From Octopus vulgaris (Eukaryota), in assembly GCA_951406725.2 (NCBI GenBank), contig OX597815.1:50468001-50532000 (forward strand): a stretch of 64,000 nucleotides of DNA. Direction: 5' to 3'. How positions within the stretch are numbered: position 1 is the first letter of the stretch; every line of letters starts with the position of its first letter. The notes beneath the pieces are model-generated. The model saw only the letters and a program-made list of their open reading frames with translations. It did no database searches and was not told the origin of the DNA. Of the stretch, positions 13,805 to 26,355 are shown one piece after another. The translations under genes were made by a program, and so were the position numbers.

Positions 13805-14186
13805 AGGAGTGGCTGTGTGGTAAGTAGCTTGCTTACGAACTACATGGCTCCGGGTTCAGTCCCACTGCATGGCACCTTGGGCAAGTGTCTTCTGCTATAG
13901 CCTCGGGCCGACCAATGTCTTGTGAGTGGATTTGGTAGACGGAAACTGAAAGAAGCCTGTCGTAAATATGTATATATATGTGTGTGTGTGTGTGTGTGTT
14001 TGTGTGTCTGTGTTTGTCCCCCCAACATCACTTGACAACCGATGCTGGTGTGTTTACGTCCACGTAACTTAGTAATTCGGCAAAAGAGACCAATAAAATA
14101 AATACTAGGCTTACAAAGAATAAATCCTGGGGTCGATATGCTTGACTAAAGGCAGTCAAATGACTGGAACAAGTAAAAGAGTAAAA
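13805..14186 (+). mobile_element. SINE family A, near full length
   Basis: ggagtggctgtgtggtaagtagc...cagtcaaatgactggaacaagtaaaagagtaaaa. Confidence 0.92.
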
Positions 14187-14324
14187 ACACAACAAACAGA
14201 AAATTTTACAAAAACATAACAAACAGAAAATTGGTAGCTTATTCCTCATCAGTCAACATCCAAAAAGATCATTACAGTTTCGCACCTACACACCCACACA
14301 GTGGGCTTCCACATGGTTTCTTAA

Positions 14325-14495
14325 CAGCATTTTGTCCATGTTTACATTCCAAGTTCAAAATCTGAGGCGGTCAACTTTTCCTTTCGTTATTTTGGGGTTG
14401 ATGAAATAAGTACCAGTAGAGAAGTAGAGTTAATGTAATTGACTATCCCCCTCCCCCAAAATTTCAGGTGTTGTGCCAATAGTAGAAAGATTATA
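14325..14495 (+). mobile_element. SINE family B, 5' truncated
   Basis: gcattttgtccatg...ggggttgatgaaataagtaccag...cccctcccccaaaatttcaggtgttgtgcc. Confidence 0.7.
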
Positions 14496-14832
14496 TAGGT
14501 TTGATGTCTAAAACCATGGCTTCTCCAGTCATAATTCTCAACAATATATCCTGTGTAAGCACAAAAGATATTCCTAATTTAAATACTTAGAAAAAAAATA
14601 GATGTTTGACATGACTATAAGTCTTTTTAATCTTTTTCTAACAATTTAGGAACATTTATTTTTTTCTGAATTTGATGTCCTTACGATGGATTTTGCATTC
14701 CAATTACCATAACAGTCCAGTACATAGTTTGTATATAAATAAATCGTTTAAGAACTCAATGCTCAATATTGGATATCAATTAGGTGCCTTCACATGTCTT
14801 CAAACTTAATGAAATAACTATATATATATGTA

Positions 14833-14922
<90 letters not shown>

Positions 14923-17199
14923 TTATATATACATATATATATATACATACATGTATATATAAGTCCTTTAATGTTTTAAGCAAGTTTGGATATTCATGGC
15001 TTCCTGCAGAAATTTTGGATAAATACCATTTATACCATATTATATATGCGGCAATGATAAGAAAACAGATATCAGATGTTTACCACCACTAAATCATAAA
15101 GATTTTCAATTTTTGTCTATTTTAAAAGGGAATATGAGTAAGGTTCGTTAAATAACTGATTTATGAAGTATTTCTAAAGTTGCCTGAAGACATATTTTTT
15201 GTCACTTTTTATTTATGCAGTATGTTTCATAATTCATGGAATTCATGATTAATTAACCAGTAAGAAATAATTATTAGTTATGGTGCAAATTTGCATATTT
15301 ATTAGAATTTATATTAATTTGGCTCATATCAAAAAGAAACAAGTAATTGAAGTCTACAAGTAGAATCAGGCTTTAAAAAATACATTAAGAAAATAACTAA
15401 GAAGAGTTATTTATCTGGAAAATATATGATGAAGAAAATAAGTTTTGGAAAGAAGAAATATTTTGAAGGAAAAGAAAGTGTTTAAGATAAAGGAGAGAGT
15501 GAGAGGGTAAGTTGATTTTTGAAGGAACAAGATTGGAAAAGAGAAGAGAAGTGAGAAAGAGAGAGAGGGGAGATAGAGTGATAAAAACTATGAGTGTGTG
15601 TATGTGTGTGAGAGAGAGACAGAAAGAGAGAGTAAATGTGTTATTGGAAAAAATGACAAATAATAGAAGAAAAAGAGCATCAAAATTCATGCAAAAGTTG
15701 AAGATTGTGAAATGAGAAAAAAGTGTAAATAAGAAAATGAGATGTGATAGGAAGAGAGTGATAGAGTAAGCAGGAATAACACGTAAACAGAGAAGGTAAG
15801 AGTTATAGATACAGGGAAAAGGGAATGAAAAAAGAAAAAGTATTAGTGAGAGAGATGGGGGGGGGAGCAGAGAGAAAGACAGAAGAAAGAGAAATGAAAA
15901 TTATTTAACTGAGAAGAGAAACTTCATAAAGATAAACTTAGGTTTTAAATATGCTGTGAAGAAAACAGATTCTCCAAGAAATTTTTTCAATTTCATTTTA
16001 ATCACCACATATACAGAACAATGGCATTGTATCCTGGGTAGATTCTTAACCAGTTATTTATTTTCAAATCAATATACATATTGTAAATCCAAAGAGGAGT
16101 TTACTAAATGTCAATAAGTTGGATTGCCATGGCAATAAAAAATGAATCACTGTTGAGGTCTTTTCTAGACCTCATCAGAGATTTTTAAATGGTAGACTGC
16201 AAAATGTATCTAGGTGCACCATGAATTTTTTTAAAGTATCATTTGGGGCTCCAGAAAATCGATACAAATACTTGAATGTCTGGCAAATCATGCCATTCCT
16301 AATTTTGTTATATACATTTATGATTACTAAAACAAGGTAAGCAATAGTTTTTAAGATACTTTTTTTAAATTCTTTAACTTTATAACATAGTTTCTTTTTA
16401 ATTTATATGCAAAGTATGGCAGTAATTTTGGACTGCTTACATGAAGTAATTTAGTACGTTTTCACTTCACCCTCCAGTGTTAAAATAACTGAGAATCACT
16501 CAGCTACTTTGAAGAGCTTAGAAGACATCAGACAGTAATGGTGGTGATGGTGGTGGTAATGATGACGATGACAATGGTGATAATGATGATGCCCTTGTTA
16601 GCACTCTGCTACATTTCACAATACTGCGCTCTTCTGCTGTTTTTCATTCTGATTTCAAACATACAAATCCACATTCTATGGCTAGATAATGCTTCATTAT
16701 CTTAACACAGCTGCCATTTGTTTACATCTCAGATTCAAAATGCAAATTTGGTGTAAATCAATCAGTGACTCAAAAGTTGAATTACATAAACTCAAGTTGA
16801 AGAACATCTCACAATTTGCTGAGATCCTTAGAGAAAAAAGATGATCATAAATTTTGCTTCGTAAATTAAACATTAAAATATTTTATGAGTTTATCCAATG
16901 CAGATATCTGCAGATATACAAATATGTTTGTGCGTGTGTGTGTGTGCGTATACGTGTGTATACATATAGATATATACACGAGTGCCATTAAAGGTAAGCT
17001 TCCAAATCAGGTTGGTAAGGATATACAATCCTGGCAGGTACCATATTAGCTTTTACCTGTTGATAATGCTGGCTAACCTACGTTAGTATAGAAAAACTCC
17101 ACTTAGTTTGTTTTACTATTCACAGTAGATCTTCACATCAGTAAATCCATATATCTCTATAGAGACTGCATGTTGTTTGTAGAGAATAAATGATAAATT

Positions 17200-17511
17200 A
17201 ATGTGGAGAATAGAGATTTATATATCCAGTTTTATTCTGTTGTTAATCACGTCTTTCCATTTCTGCACCTAAATGTTTCTGCAGCAATTTTGTGCACACT
17301 GCAAAATTTTGCTTCTTGATGTGCATTTTGGTGTTAATTGCTACTTCTTCAGGCACCCTGAAGAAGCAGCAGTAACACAAAAATGCACAGCAAGAAGCAA
17401 AATTTTGCAGTGTGCACAAAATTGCAGCAGAAACATTTGTAAATGCAGAAATTGAAAGATGTGATTAACAGTAGAATAAAACTGGATATATAAATCTCTA
17501 TTCCCCTTATT
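17200..17511. repeat. ~310 bp near-perfect palindrome (fold-back element) with hammerhead-like motifs in both arms
   Basis: Arms of ~150 bp are reverse complements centred on cttcttcagg-cac-cctgaagaag (17345-17366). Confidence 0.92.
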
Positions 17512-17770
17512 GTGGAGGCATGTGGCTTAGTGGTTAGGGTGTCAGCATCATGCTCATAAGATTGTGGTTTCATTTCCTGGACTGGGCAATGCGTTGTGTT
17601 CTTGAGCAAAACACTTCCTTTCACATTGCTCCAGTCCTCAGCTGGCAAAAATGAGTAACACTGCAATGGACTGGTGTTCCGTCCAGCTGGGGAACACATA
17701 CGCCATTGAAACCGGGAAACCGGGACCATGAGCCTGGTTAGGCTTTAAAAGGGCGTATTTATTATTTATT
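17512..17770 (+). mobile_element. SINE family C (tRNA head, CORE-like TGTGTTCTTGAGCAAAACACTT, V-domain-like 3' part)
   Basis: A box gtggcttagtggttag; TSD-like tattc(c/t)ccttatt at 17499-17511 and 17771-17783. Confidence 0.8.
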
Positions 17771-17784
17771 TATTCTCCTTATTA

Positions 17785-18055
17785 TTAATGTGCAAGTGAC
17801 TGAGCACTCCACACCCACACACAAACATACACAATGCACTCTTAATGTATTTCACAGGAGATTCAGTAAGACACAGAATGTTATAAAGCTGGCCCTTAAA
17901 ATTACAAGTACAACTCCTTTTTGTCAGTTTCGTGAACTGGAGCAATGTGAAAGGAAGTATCTTGCTCAAGGACACAACACATCACCAGGAATTGAACTCA
18001 CGAACTTACAATTATGAGCTGAATACTTTAACTACTAAACCATGTGCCTTCACAT
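17785..18055 (-). mobile_element. CORE-type SINE with family C head but a different tail
   Basis: Reverse complement gtgaaggcacatggtttagtagtt...tgtgtccttgagcaagatacttcctttcacattgctccag; tail also seen at 1255-1350. Confidence 0.75.
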
Positions 18056-18561
18056 CTAGGATTACACTATTTAATATACCTTCCCTCTTTATGTCACAGC
18101 CATATCGGCATGAATCCTACTTCTTATGAATTAGATCAATGAAGAATTAACTCTTATTTAGAATTTTATGAAAAAGACCAATTGTACAAAAACACCGATT
18201 TTTATAATTTTACTCAATATGAAAAGCTAATTAATAGAAACTGTAAATTTCAGGCAGCTTAAATATGTGATATAGATTAAGTTTCATATCAAAACAATTT
18301 AGTCACTCTTCTATTTCAAGCAACATCTCTGTTAATCAAGTCTTAATTTAATAATATAAAAAGATCTAGATATTATTAATCTATTAATCTTCAATTAAAG
18401 AGATTCCTTATTCTAAATAAGAAATATGCTATAAACAATTAGAACAAAATCTATAAATACCAGTGGATAGTGTTCATAAAATTATAATCAACAAACTTAT
18501 ACACTTAACTTGTCTTCATAATCTATGGAACCAATCTTGCCATCTTTCAATATTTTAGTCA

Positions 18562-18774
18562 AAGAAAGATGGCGAGCTGGCAGAATTGTAAGCCCATTGG
18601 GCAAAAGGCTTAGGAGCGTTTTATCCATTCTTAGGTTCTAAATTCAAATTCTACAGAGGTCAACTTTACCTTTCAGCCTTTCATGGTTAATAAAATAGAG
18701 TACAAGTTGAGCAGTTGAGCATTGGGGAGTCGACACCTACCCTGGAATTGCTGACCTTGTGCCAAAATTTGAAA
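18562..18774 (+). mobile_element. SINE family B with 15-bp TSD
   Basis: TSD tcaatattttagtca at 18547-18561 and 18775-18789. Confidence 0.88.
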
Positions 18775-19147
18775 TCAATATTTTAGTCAGAAGCATTTTG
18801 TTCTTACACTTAGAACTTATAAAAAGGAAGTGCAAGGGTTACATTGTACTGAGATTGGAGATGAATTTCCTGGGGTCTCTGGAAAATATTTACATATACC
18901 AAAGGTTACTATTAAATGAAAGGAGTCCAAACTTCGCACTCCCAAATAAAATTCTTCTAAGCTCTGTTTATGCTGTTGAGTTTACAGTTCAGTTTCATAA
19001 CCCTGTATCTAGTGCTTTTTGCATGAGTGAACTGTTGAATGCACTATGAAGTGTTTGCCATTCCATCTCAAATTATATATTATAAATTGTAGAATAACTT
19101 ATCCTGCTAGTGCTAAGTGTTGACAAATTTTCCTGAGCTGAACAAAT

Positions 19148-19273
19148 TACAAGGTTTTGCTTGACCCCAAGGCTTTGGCAGATGACACTTGCCCATGGTA
19201 TCACGCAGTGGAACTGAACCTGAAGCCATTTGGTTGAGAAGCAAACTTCTTACCACACAGCCATGCCAGTGCC
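19148..19273 (-). mobile_element. SINE family A head fragment
   Basis: gacacttgccc...ggaactgaacc...cttaccacacagccatgcc. Confidence 0.8.
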
Positions 19274-20316
19274 TGTTTAGCAAAAAAATTGGGGAAGATG
19301 AATTATGTAATACATTCTTAGATACATTGTACAAAGGAGAAGACAGGAAGGTCACATCTGGACAACCAGTCAAACAATGAAAAGTTGACACAGAGAACAA
19401 AATTTTAAAAAAACATAAATGGAAAGGAAACTAGCATGCAAATCATCACCAAAAATAAGAAACATTTTGAGGAAATATTTTTGAAGTGATGACACTGCAG
19501 AAAACAGACAGTTATAATTAAAATGAAATATGTTAGTGTATAATGTTTCTTTGAGAATGTAAAAAAAAATCCCAGAATGAATGCCAAAGAATATTCCAGA
19601 TATATTCACTCATTTGTCAGAGTACCAAAAAACTTTAATTCTTTGCTACACAAAAATTATAAGCTATATTAAATGTCCCATAACTGTTATAAATGGACTG
19701 GTACTGAAGTAGGAATTCTCAAAAAGAAAGAAGAGAAATTTTTTAAAATAGATATATATACATATAAATTAAGAAAATCATTCATTTAACTCTAATAGTG
19801 AATGGTTTCTATTTTTGTCTGTAGATATGAGATAAAATAAATACAGCAGTACTTTTAAGAAACTAAAAATTTTAGCTAATCTAAATTACATTCTTATATT
19901 TACACATACACATACATACACATTTTTACTTCTATTCTCCCTTTCAAATATGGCTCTGTGAGTATTTTTTTTTGTCTTTTTAATTTTTTGTTTCTGTCTT
20001 TATTGTTATTTTTAATTTAATTTTTTACCTTTGCATTTTCTTTCTTATAAATTTTAAATATGCTTCTGTGTGATTTTTGTGTTTTGTACCTTTTGTTTTT
20101 CTTCAAGGAAATGAAATAAGAGCACAAAAATATGAAACGACACGTTTTAATGTATAATTAGATTGTAGTACAGAAGACATGGTAAGTTATGTAGTTTCTT
20201 ATCAATCAATTATTACAGTAAAAAGCAGATAATATATATACAAAGTTCATCAGTTTTTTTAGCTTCTCATAAAAATACACATAGTATTCACACTGAGATA
20301 GTCACATAAAAATCAA

Positions 20317-20317
<1 letters not shown>

Positions 20318-20356
<39 letters not shown>

Positions 20357-20653
20357 CAATACATACTATACATACATAAGTAAATGCATACATATATATA
20401 TATACACATATATATACACAGATATGCGTGCATATATACACATATCACATATATCATATATATATACATATACACACACAAATGCATATATATGTGTGTG
20501 TATAGTTGGTGCAACCATACACATGCATACATATTCTCATACACAGATTAAATATATATATATACTTGCATTATTGCACTGCAGGACAGGAATATATGCA
20601 TAGCTATATTAATATAACTAACATACACATACACATTTTGACACACATTTATA

Positions 20654-20701
<48 letters not shown>

Positions 20702-20875
20702 TATATATGTATATATATATATATACATACATACGTACACACATACACACACACATATATGCACAAGTGTACATATATGTATGTATATATATACACACAA
20801 ACACATATACATATCTTTATATATATATTTCATATACATATATATGTATGTGTGTGTGTATATATATATATATGA
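20318..20875. repeat. Compound TA/CA low-complexity block
   Basis: Directly visible. Confidence 0.9.
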
Positions 20876-23379
20876 AAGAAGAAAGAGATAGAGAAACAGA
20901 AAATTGTGTTGAAACCAAGGAAATCAGACAAAAGCTATATCACGATTGAGAAGGTGAAGACAGGCTGCTAAAATTTGAGATCCTGCTAAAATAGCTATTT
21001 TATACAAAGGACTAAATAGAAAATTGAAGAGCTTTTGATCATAATCTGAACCTTTGAAATTGAACAAAGTCCTGTAAAACATGCATTACAGATATTTCAT
21101 CATATTTCATTATCACAGTCTTGTTTCAAATAAAATTGTAATTGAAATATGTTGCTATGTAAAATTCCAGCAATAACATGTGATGATATCTTATCTTTTT
21201 TACTTTTTAATTCTAATGTAGAAAAGAATGTCCATATTCCTAACCCTTGCCGATATTTATGGAATTGTGAGATTATCATAACTAATACATAACCTGGTGT
21301 TTTTTCTTTCTTTTTTTTTTTTGATTGCTTATTAATGTTAGAAGGGCAGTGGTGCCTATCACATTTTGTAGGGCCCTCAAGCCTAATGCTAGAAATTGAG
21401 AACGATTTTACCAACCAAAGACCTGACCCAAATGCTAACCATAGAGGTAACTCTACTAAAGGCACCCAGAGACCGGATGATAGATTTAGTCTACAACCCA
21501 GGTAGGTTATAGCAAGTTTTGAATACAAAACACAAAGAACTGGCATAGTTGTCATATGGTAATCAATCCAGCATTCTAACAATTCTGCCAGACACCCATC
21601 CTAGACCAGTATATTTTATATTATCCGCAAAATATTTAAGTTAACCTTGGTGGCATTTGAATTCAGAATGCTAAGAACTGAAATCAATCCTAGAAGATAC
21701 TGCTCTGATGTTTCTGCCATTTCACACCTTATAAGGAGAAAAAGCAGTATTTGGAGAGAGGACTTAATGTTCTGATCCAAATGCTTGTAACAGTGAATCC
21801 TTCTTAAGGTTTAAAAAAAAATCAATTAGTGGTATTGAAACAGGGACTGACATGATTGATTTGGAAGTTGGATGTGCAATATCTTTGATTGAATTTAGCT
21901 AATGACTAAAAATATTTTCTCAAGTGTGATATTTTTATTCTATGATATTTAACAAAATTACTTAAAAGACTTGAAATTAATTGTTTGGGTTTTTTTCTTG
22001 CCTGATACTGAGATAAACATAATAGTCCTTTTAATTTAGTGGCAGGCAACTGAGGTTTGAATCTGAAAATAAAATATACAGAGTTTCTGGACAGGATAAA
22101 TGAAATTTGATACCCTTATACCTCCATATTAATTGAATGAATTAAACCTTGCACTTTAAGCTACCTCATTAATACTCATTAATTTTATAGTGCTTTTTAT
22201 ATTTAAAATGGTAAGCTATACATACCTATCTAAGAGTACTTATTTACGTATAAATGTAGTGAGTAATAAATATCTCAGTCATGGACATTGGGAGGTAACA
22301 ATTAGCTGGTTCTTTTAACCCTCTTGGGACACCTAGACTGATCAGCCCAAGTGATGCAAGCTGAAAGGACTTTGAAGCTGATCCATTGGTCTAATGAAAC
22401 AAACATTGTGAATGGTTGGTTTTGAAGTGTAATGGCCAATCAGAGATCGTTTTTCAATGCATATTTTTTTGGTCATTTTGAATACACATACCAAAACACC
22501 ATGTGTCTCAAAATAGTCAACACTCTATAAATTTGAATATTTGCAGCTCTCGTTATTGTGAAATCCCAAATGCAAAATAACATCGAAGTTAAGTTAACTA
22601 AACTACATTTGCAGTAAATATTTTCCTGAATCATTAAACTTCATATTACAGCAGTACTCAACTGCAGTTTTTATCATAATAGGTACATGAGAAATAAATC
22701 TACTCTGGATAGCAATTTTCATAGAGAAAACTTACCTGCCCCATGTTGTTAGCTAAATATTCTGTCTAGAAATACAATAAAACACTACAAGTAAACTGGC
22801 AAACATGGTCTCTAAGTCAACAATCCACTACCTCCTATACTATCTCATTTCAATTTATATGTGTGCGTGATGACATTAAATTTGAATTATTTTCATGTTA
22901 AAGTCATATATGACTTTCCTAGATATAATAAGTCTTGAATGTTTTTTCCTCCAAATTTAATACCCAGAATAACAATAGTATGACAGCAGATTATTTGTTG
23001 AAGTAGTAGGTTCTCATATATTATCAAATATACTTCTAACACCATTGAGCATCAAAGGTGTCATCCTATATATTAAAGAGAATCATCAAATTATCAAAGT
23101 GAGATGAAGAAGTTTGATTTGTCATCATTTATGGCTACCTGAGACAGAATCAAATTTTTAAAAAATTGAAATCAGATAAAACACTCTGAAACATTCTCAG
23201 ATTATATAGAATCAATATTTTGATAAATGATATATAAAACCTGAACAATCTATGTCTGCATAATAGATAAATTTATGTTACACAAATGGCAATGATTCAA
23301 ACTATTTTGCAACAAGCTAGAGAGAATTATATAGAATAACGTGACACATCCTAGAGCTCAGCAGTGTTTGTAGAAGGTT

Positions 23380-23530
23380 TTAGGCCAATTAACCATTGTT
23401 TGCGAATCAATTTCACAGACAACAAATTTTACATATTTATCAGTTTTGTACACTAACTCAGGTGGATATGTACTCAGAGAGTTACAGTGCACACGATAGG
23501 AATGACCTATATTATTGATGGCCCCTCTCT
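23380..23530 (-). pseudogene. Possible highly decayed piggyBac transposase fragment
   Basis: SYRVHCNSLSTYP...KTDKYVKFVVCEIDSQT loosely resembles the piggyBac catalytic-region motif PFRGRCSFRQYIPxKPxKYGIKF..xDS.T; by-eye similarity only. Confidence 0.3.
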
Positions 23531-25211
23531 GTAGAGAAATATTTAAAGACAAGTCAAGAAACAATATGACACTAAAATGTTGGATTTCTAATCATATGAT
23601 CATGGGATGAAATGTTATTGTTGGAAATTTGTGTTGTGACAAGGCACATAAATATGATACACACGGTTTACCTGACTAACATAAAACAGGTACCACTACC
23701 AGTTTACTGAAATTGGTGTCATGCTATTATGAAGTGTATTCAGTTATATAAAAATCAAGTTTTCCAGTGAGACCATTTCACTGATGCAAAAATGGAAAAA
23801 AAAATTAATGTAAAACAACCAAAATAATTTTTTTTTTAATTATTGTGTTTTTTCTTTCTTATTTTTAATTACAAAAATCAAATTCAATTTGGCATTGTAA
23901 AGGATAAGACAGCAAATATAAGATAACACCAATATAAATGTTTTATTAGTTATTCTTACCCAGGAAATTCTTGGATCATTAATGGATTATTCCCATTTAC
24001 CTCCTTCATATATCGTACCATAAATCTCACCACACAAATATTTATCAACTTATAATCTGGTAGATAAGAGAGTTAATAAATTAAACCTAGTACTAGCACT
24101 GATCTTCTGGCCAAGTGAGAGACGGGGATGGGTAAGAGGAGGAAGAAGAAAGAGATCTCTTTCAAAGTCATCAACATTAATGTTACTGTCATACCTCTTC
24201 TTCTTTATCCTCCATACTACTCTCATGCCTTCCCTGTGCTTTCTCATTACAGTTATTTATCCCACCTTTATTATCATCACCATCATTGCTTACTGTGTTT
24301 TGTCTTCCTCTCTTTAATTATCATTATCCTGAATGCTGTAATTGTCTCCAGTGCTCTTGACTGCTTGACACCTAATACACTTCGTAATTCTCAATCTCCT
24401 GTCACCTCATCTGTCTAGTCATTTCTTGTTCATCTTTACCATCACCACCACCAACACTCACCTGATATATCCTCTTCCACCACCTCCTGCTCCTCCCCCT
24501 TCTCCAGTCTTTAATAAATTGATGTCAGGATGTCTGACATGTCAAGAAATAAAATTGCAGGTAATCAGGTAATCACCATTAAAGATGTTGCCGGCGTTAT
24601 GTAAAAACGACTGCAGGTTGCTTCTTTAAACAAATACTTAGATGAGAAAACTGTCGATCAATTCGGGTGACAACAGACCTGCAGTGCCATCTGCTGAATA
24701 CATTGCACATTAAATGTAACTAAATGTACATGTGTAAGTAGATATGTGTATGTTTTGTGTGCACATATATATATATATATACGTTTATCTATTTTTGTAT
24801 GTGTGTATGTATCTATGTATGCATGCATATACTTATGTATGTTTCGATGGATGTATACACAAACCTGCAACACAGGTGCATGCTGTCATCTCTGCTTTCT
24901 AACCATCATTGCTATCAACTACTTTTCAAAGGATGCTGACACAAAATATTGATTAAATGACATTGAAGTGAGACAAAAAGAGAATGATTTAAATACATAT
25001 ATATGTGTGTATGTATGCATCAAATTTATTAGTGTGTATAAGCATGTGATGAATATTTGTGTCTGTAAATATATGCAAATATGTATGGGAAAGTATTTAG
25101 TGTACTAGACATGACAATCTGCAAAACATCAAAGAATTAATACATTAATTAATTAACAACTTTATAGTGTTTGTAAGTATATGTGAGCATGTATGTGCAT
25201 GTGTGTGTATT

Positions 25212-25262
<51 letters not shown>

Positions 25263-25424
25263 GCATATATATTATTTATATGTCTATTATATATATATGT
25301 ATCTTTTAATATATATTTATCATATATATGTTGTATACAATACATATATTATACATGTGTATTATATAATACATATTACATATATGTATTATATAATATA
25401 TATAAGATATAAACATGTGATTCC

Positions 25425-25996
25425 TAGCAAGACCAATTGCAGAACTTGAGTTAATCCAACAAAGTTACATGAGAAAGATAAACTTATGCAGCATATAAGC
25501 TACTGGGAAAGACTCGAGAGATTGAGACTCTATTCTGTGGAGCATAGGCAGAAAAGATATTCCATAATATGCATCTGGAAAATCCTTGGGTGACTTGTCC
25601 CAAACATTAGCATTGAGTTACACTAATGCTAGAATAGGCTACCTCTGCATAGTGCCAAAGACTCCAAATTTTCCATCAAAATATAGGACAAGATATTGTC
25701 CTATAAGAGCTTTAAAGGCCCACAGCTCTTCAATATCCTCCCAAAGTATCTGAGAGCCCTACATGGCTTGGATGTAGATGTCTTCAAAGCAATATTAGAT
25801 CTCTTACTGCCAAGAGTCCCAGATGAACCAACTTCACAGCAGGAAGTGTAAATGAGGGCAGCATTGCCAAACTCCTTCATACACCAAATGTTAAGTTCTA
25901 AAAAGAATTAGTGTAGTAAAAATTATGTAGTCATACCAAATGGCAGTGCCCCAGCATAGCCACAGCTCGTGAGCTGGAATTAGTTCAATTCAATTC
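25425..25996 (+). mobile_element. CR1/L2-group LINE 3' fragment (ORF2 C-terminus, 3' UTR, TTCAA tail)
   Basis: Frameshifted translation IAELELIQQSYMRKI / SYWERLERLRLYSVEHRQKRYSIICIWKILG / FKGPQLFNILPKYLRALHGLDVDVFKAILDLLLPRVPDEP, typical of the CR1-like ORF2 end. Confidence 0.8.
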
Positions 25997-26032
25997 ATAT
26001 ATACATATATATTATATGTATTTATCTATATA

Positions 26033-26040
26033 TCTCTCTT

Positions 26041-26102
<62 letters not shown>
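26033..26102. repeat. (CT)n microsatellite
   Basis: Directly visible. Confidence 0.95.
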
Positions 26103-26103
<1 letters not shown>

Positions 26104-26114
26104 ATATATATGTA

Positions 26115-26335
26115 TCTCGTGTGTGACCCTTCTGTCCGAGTCAGACGCCATGATAGATCGTTAGCCACTACACACATTTTTTTTCTCTCCTTGTTTTTCC
26201 TGTGTCCCTTTCTGTAGAAGAGCGTAGGCTCGAAACATAAAAGACTTTTTCTATTCCTGAGCATTATATTAATACACCCTGTTTGTTTTGTACACCACCT
26301 GTCTTCGTCTTTTGTTTTTTTCATAAACTCTCCCT
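26115..26335 (+). mobile_element. TA-flanked short element with hammerhead-like motif (Penelope pseudo-LTR-like)
   Basis: cttt-CTGTAGA-a-GAGC-gtag-GCTC-GAAAC-ATA-aaag at 26207-26243; second copy at 12741-12860. Confidence 0.6.
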
Positions 26336-26355
26336 ATATATATATATATATATTG

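Noticed and set aside
13805-13880. tRNA gene
   Set aside because: A/B-box region is the head of a SINE; no complete cloverleaf
16150-16180. Minus-strand CTGATGA with a gaggtc/gacctc hairpin
   Set aside because: No GAAA after the stem, so not a hammerhead
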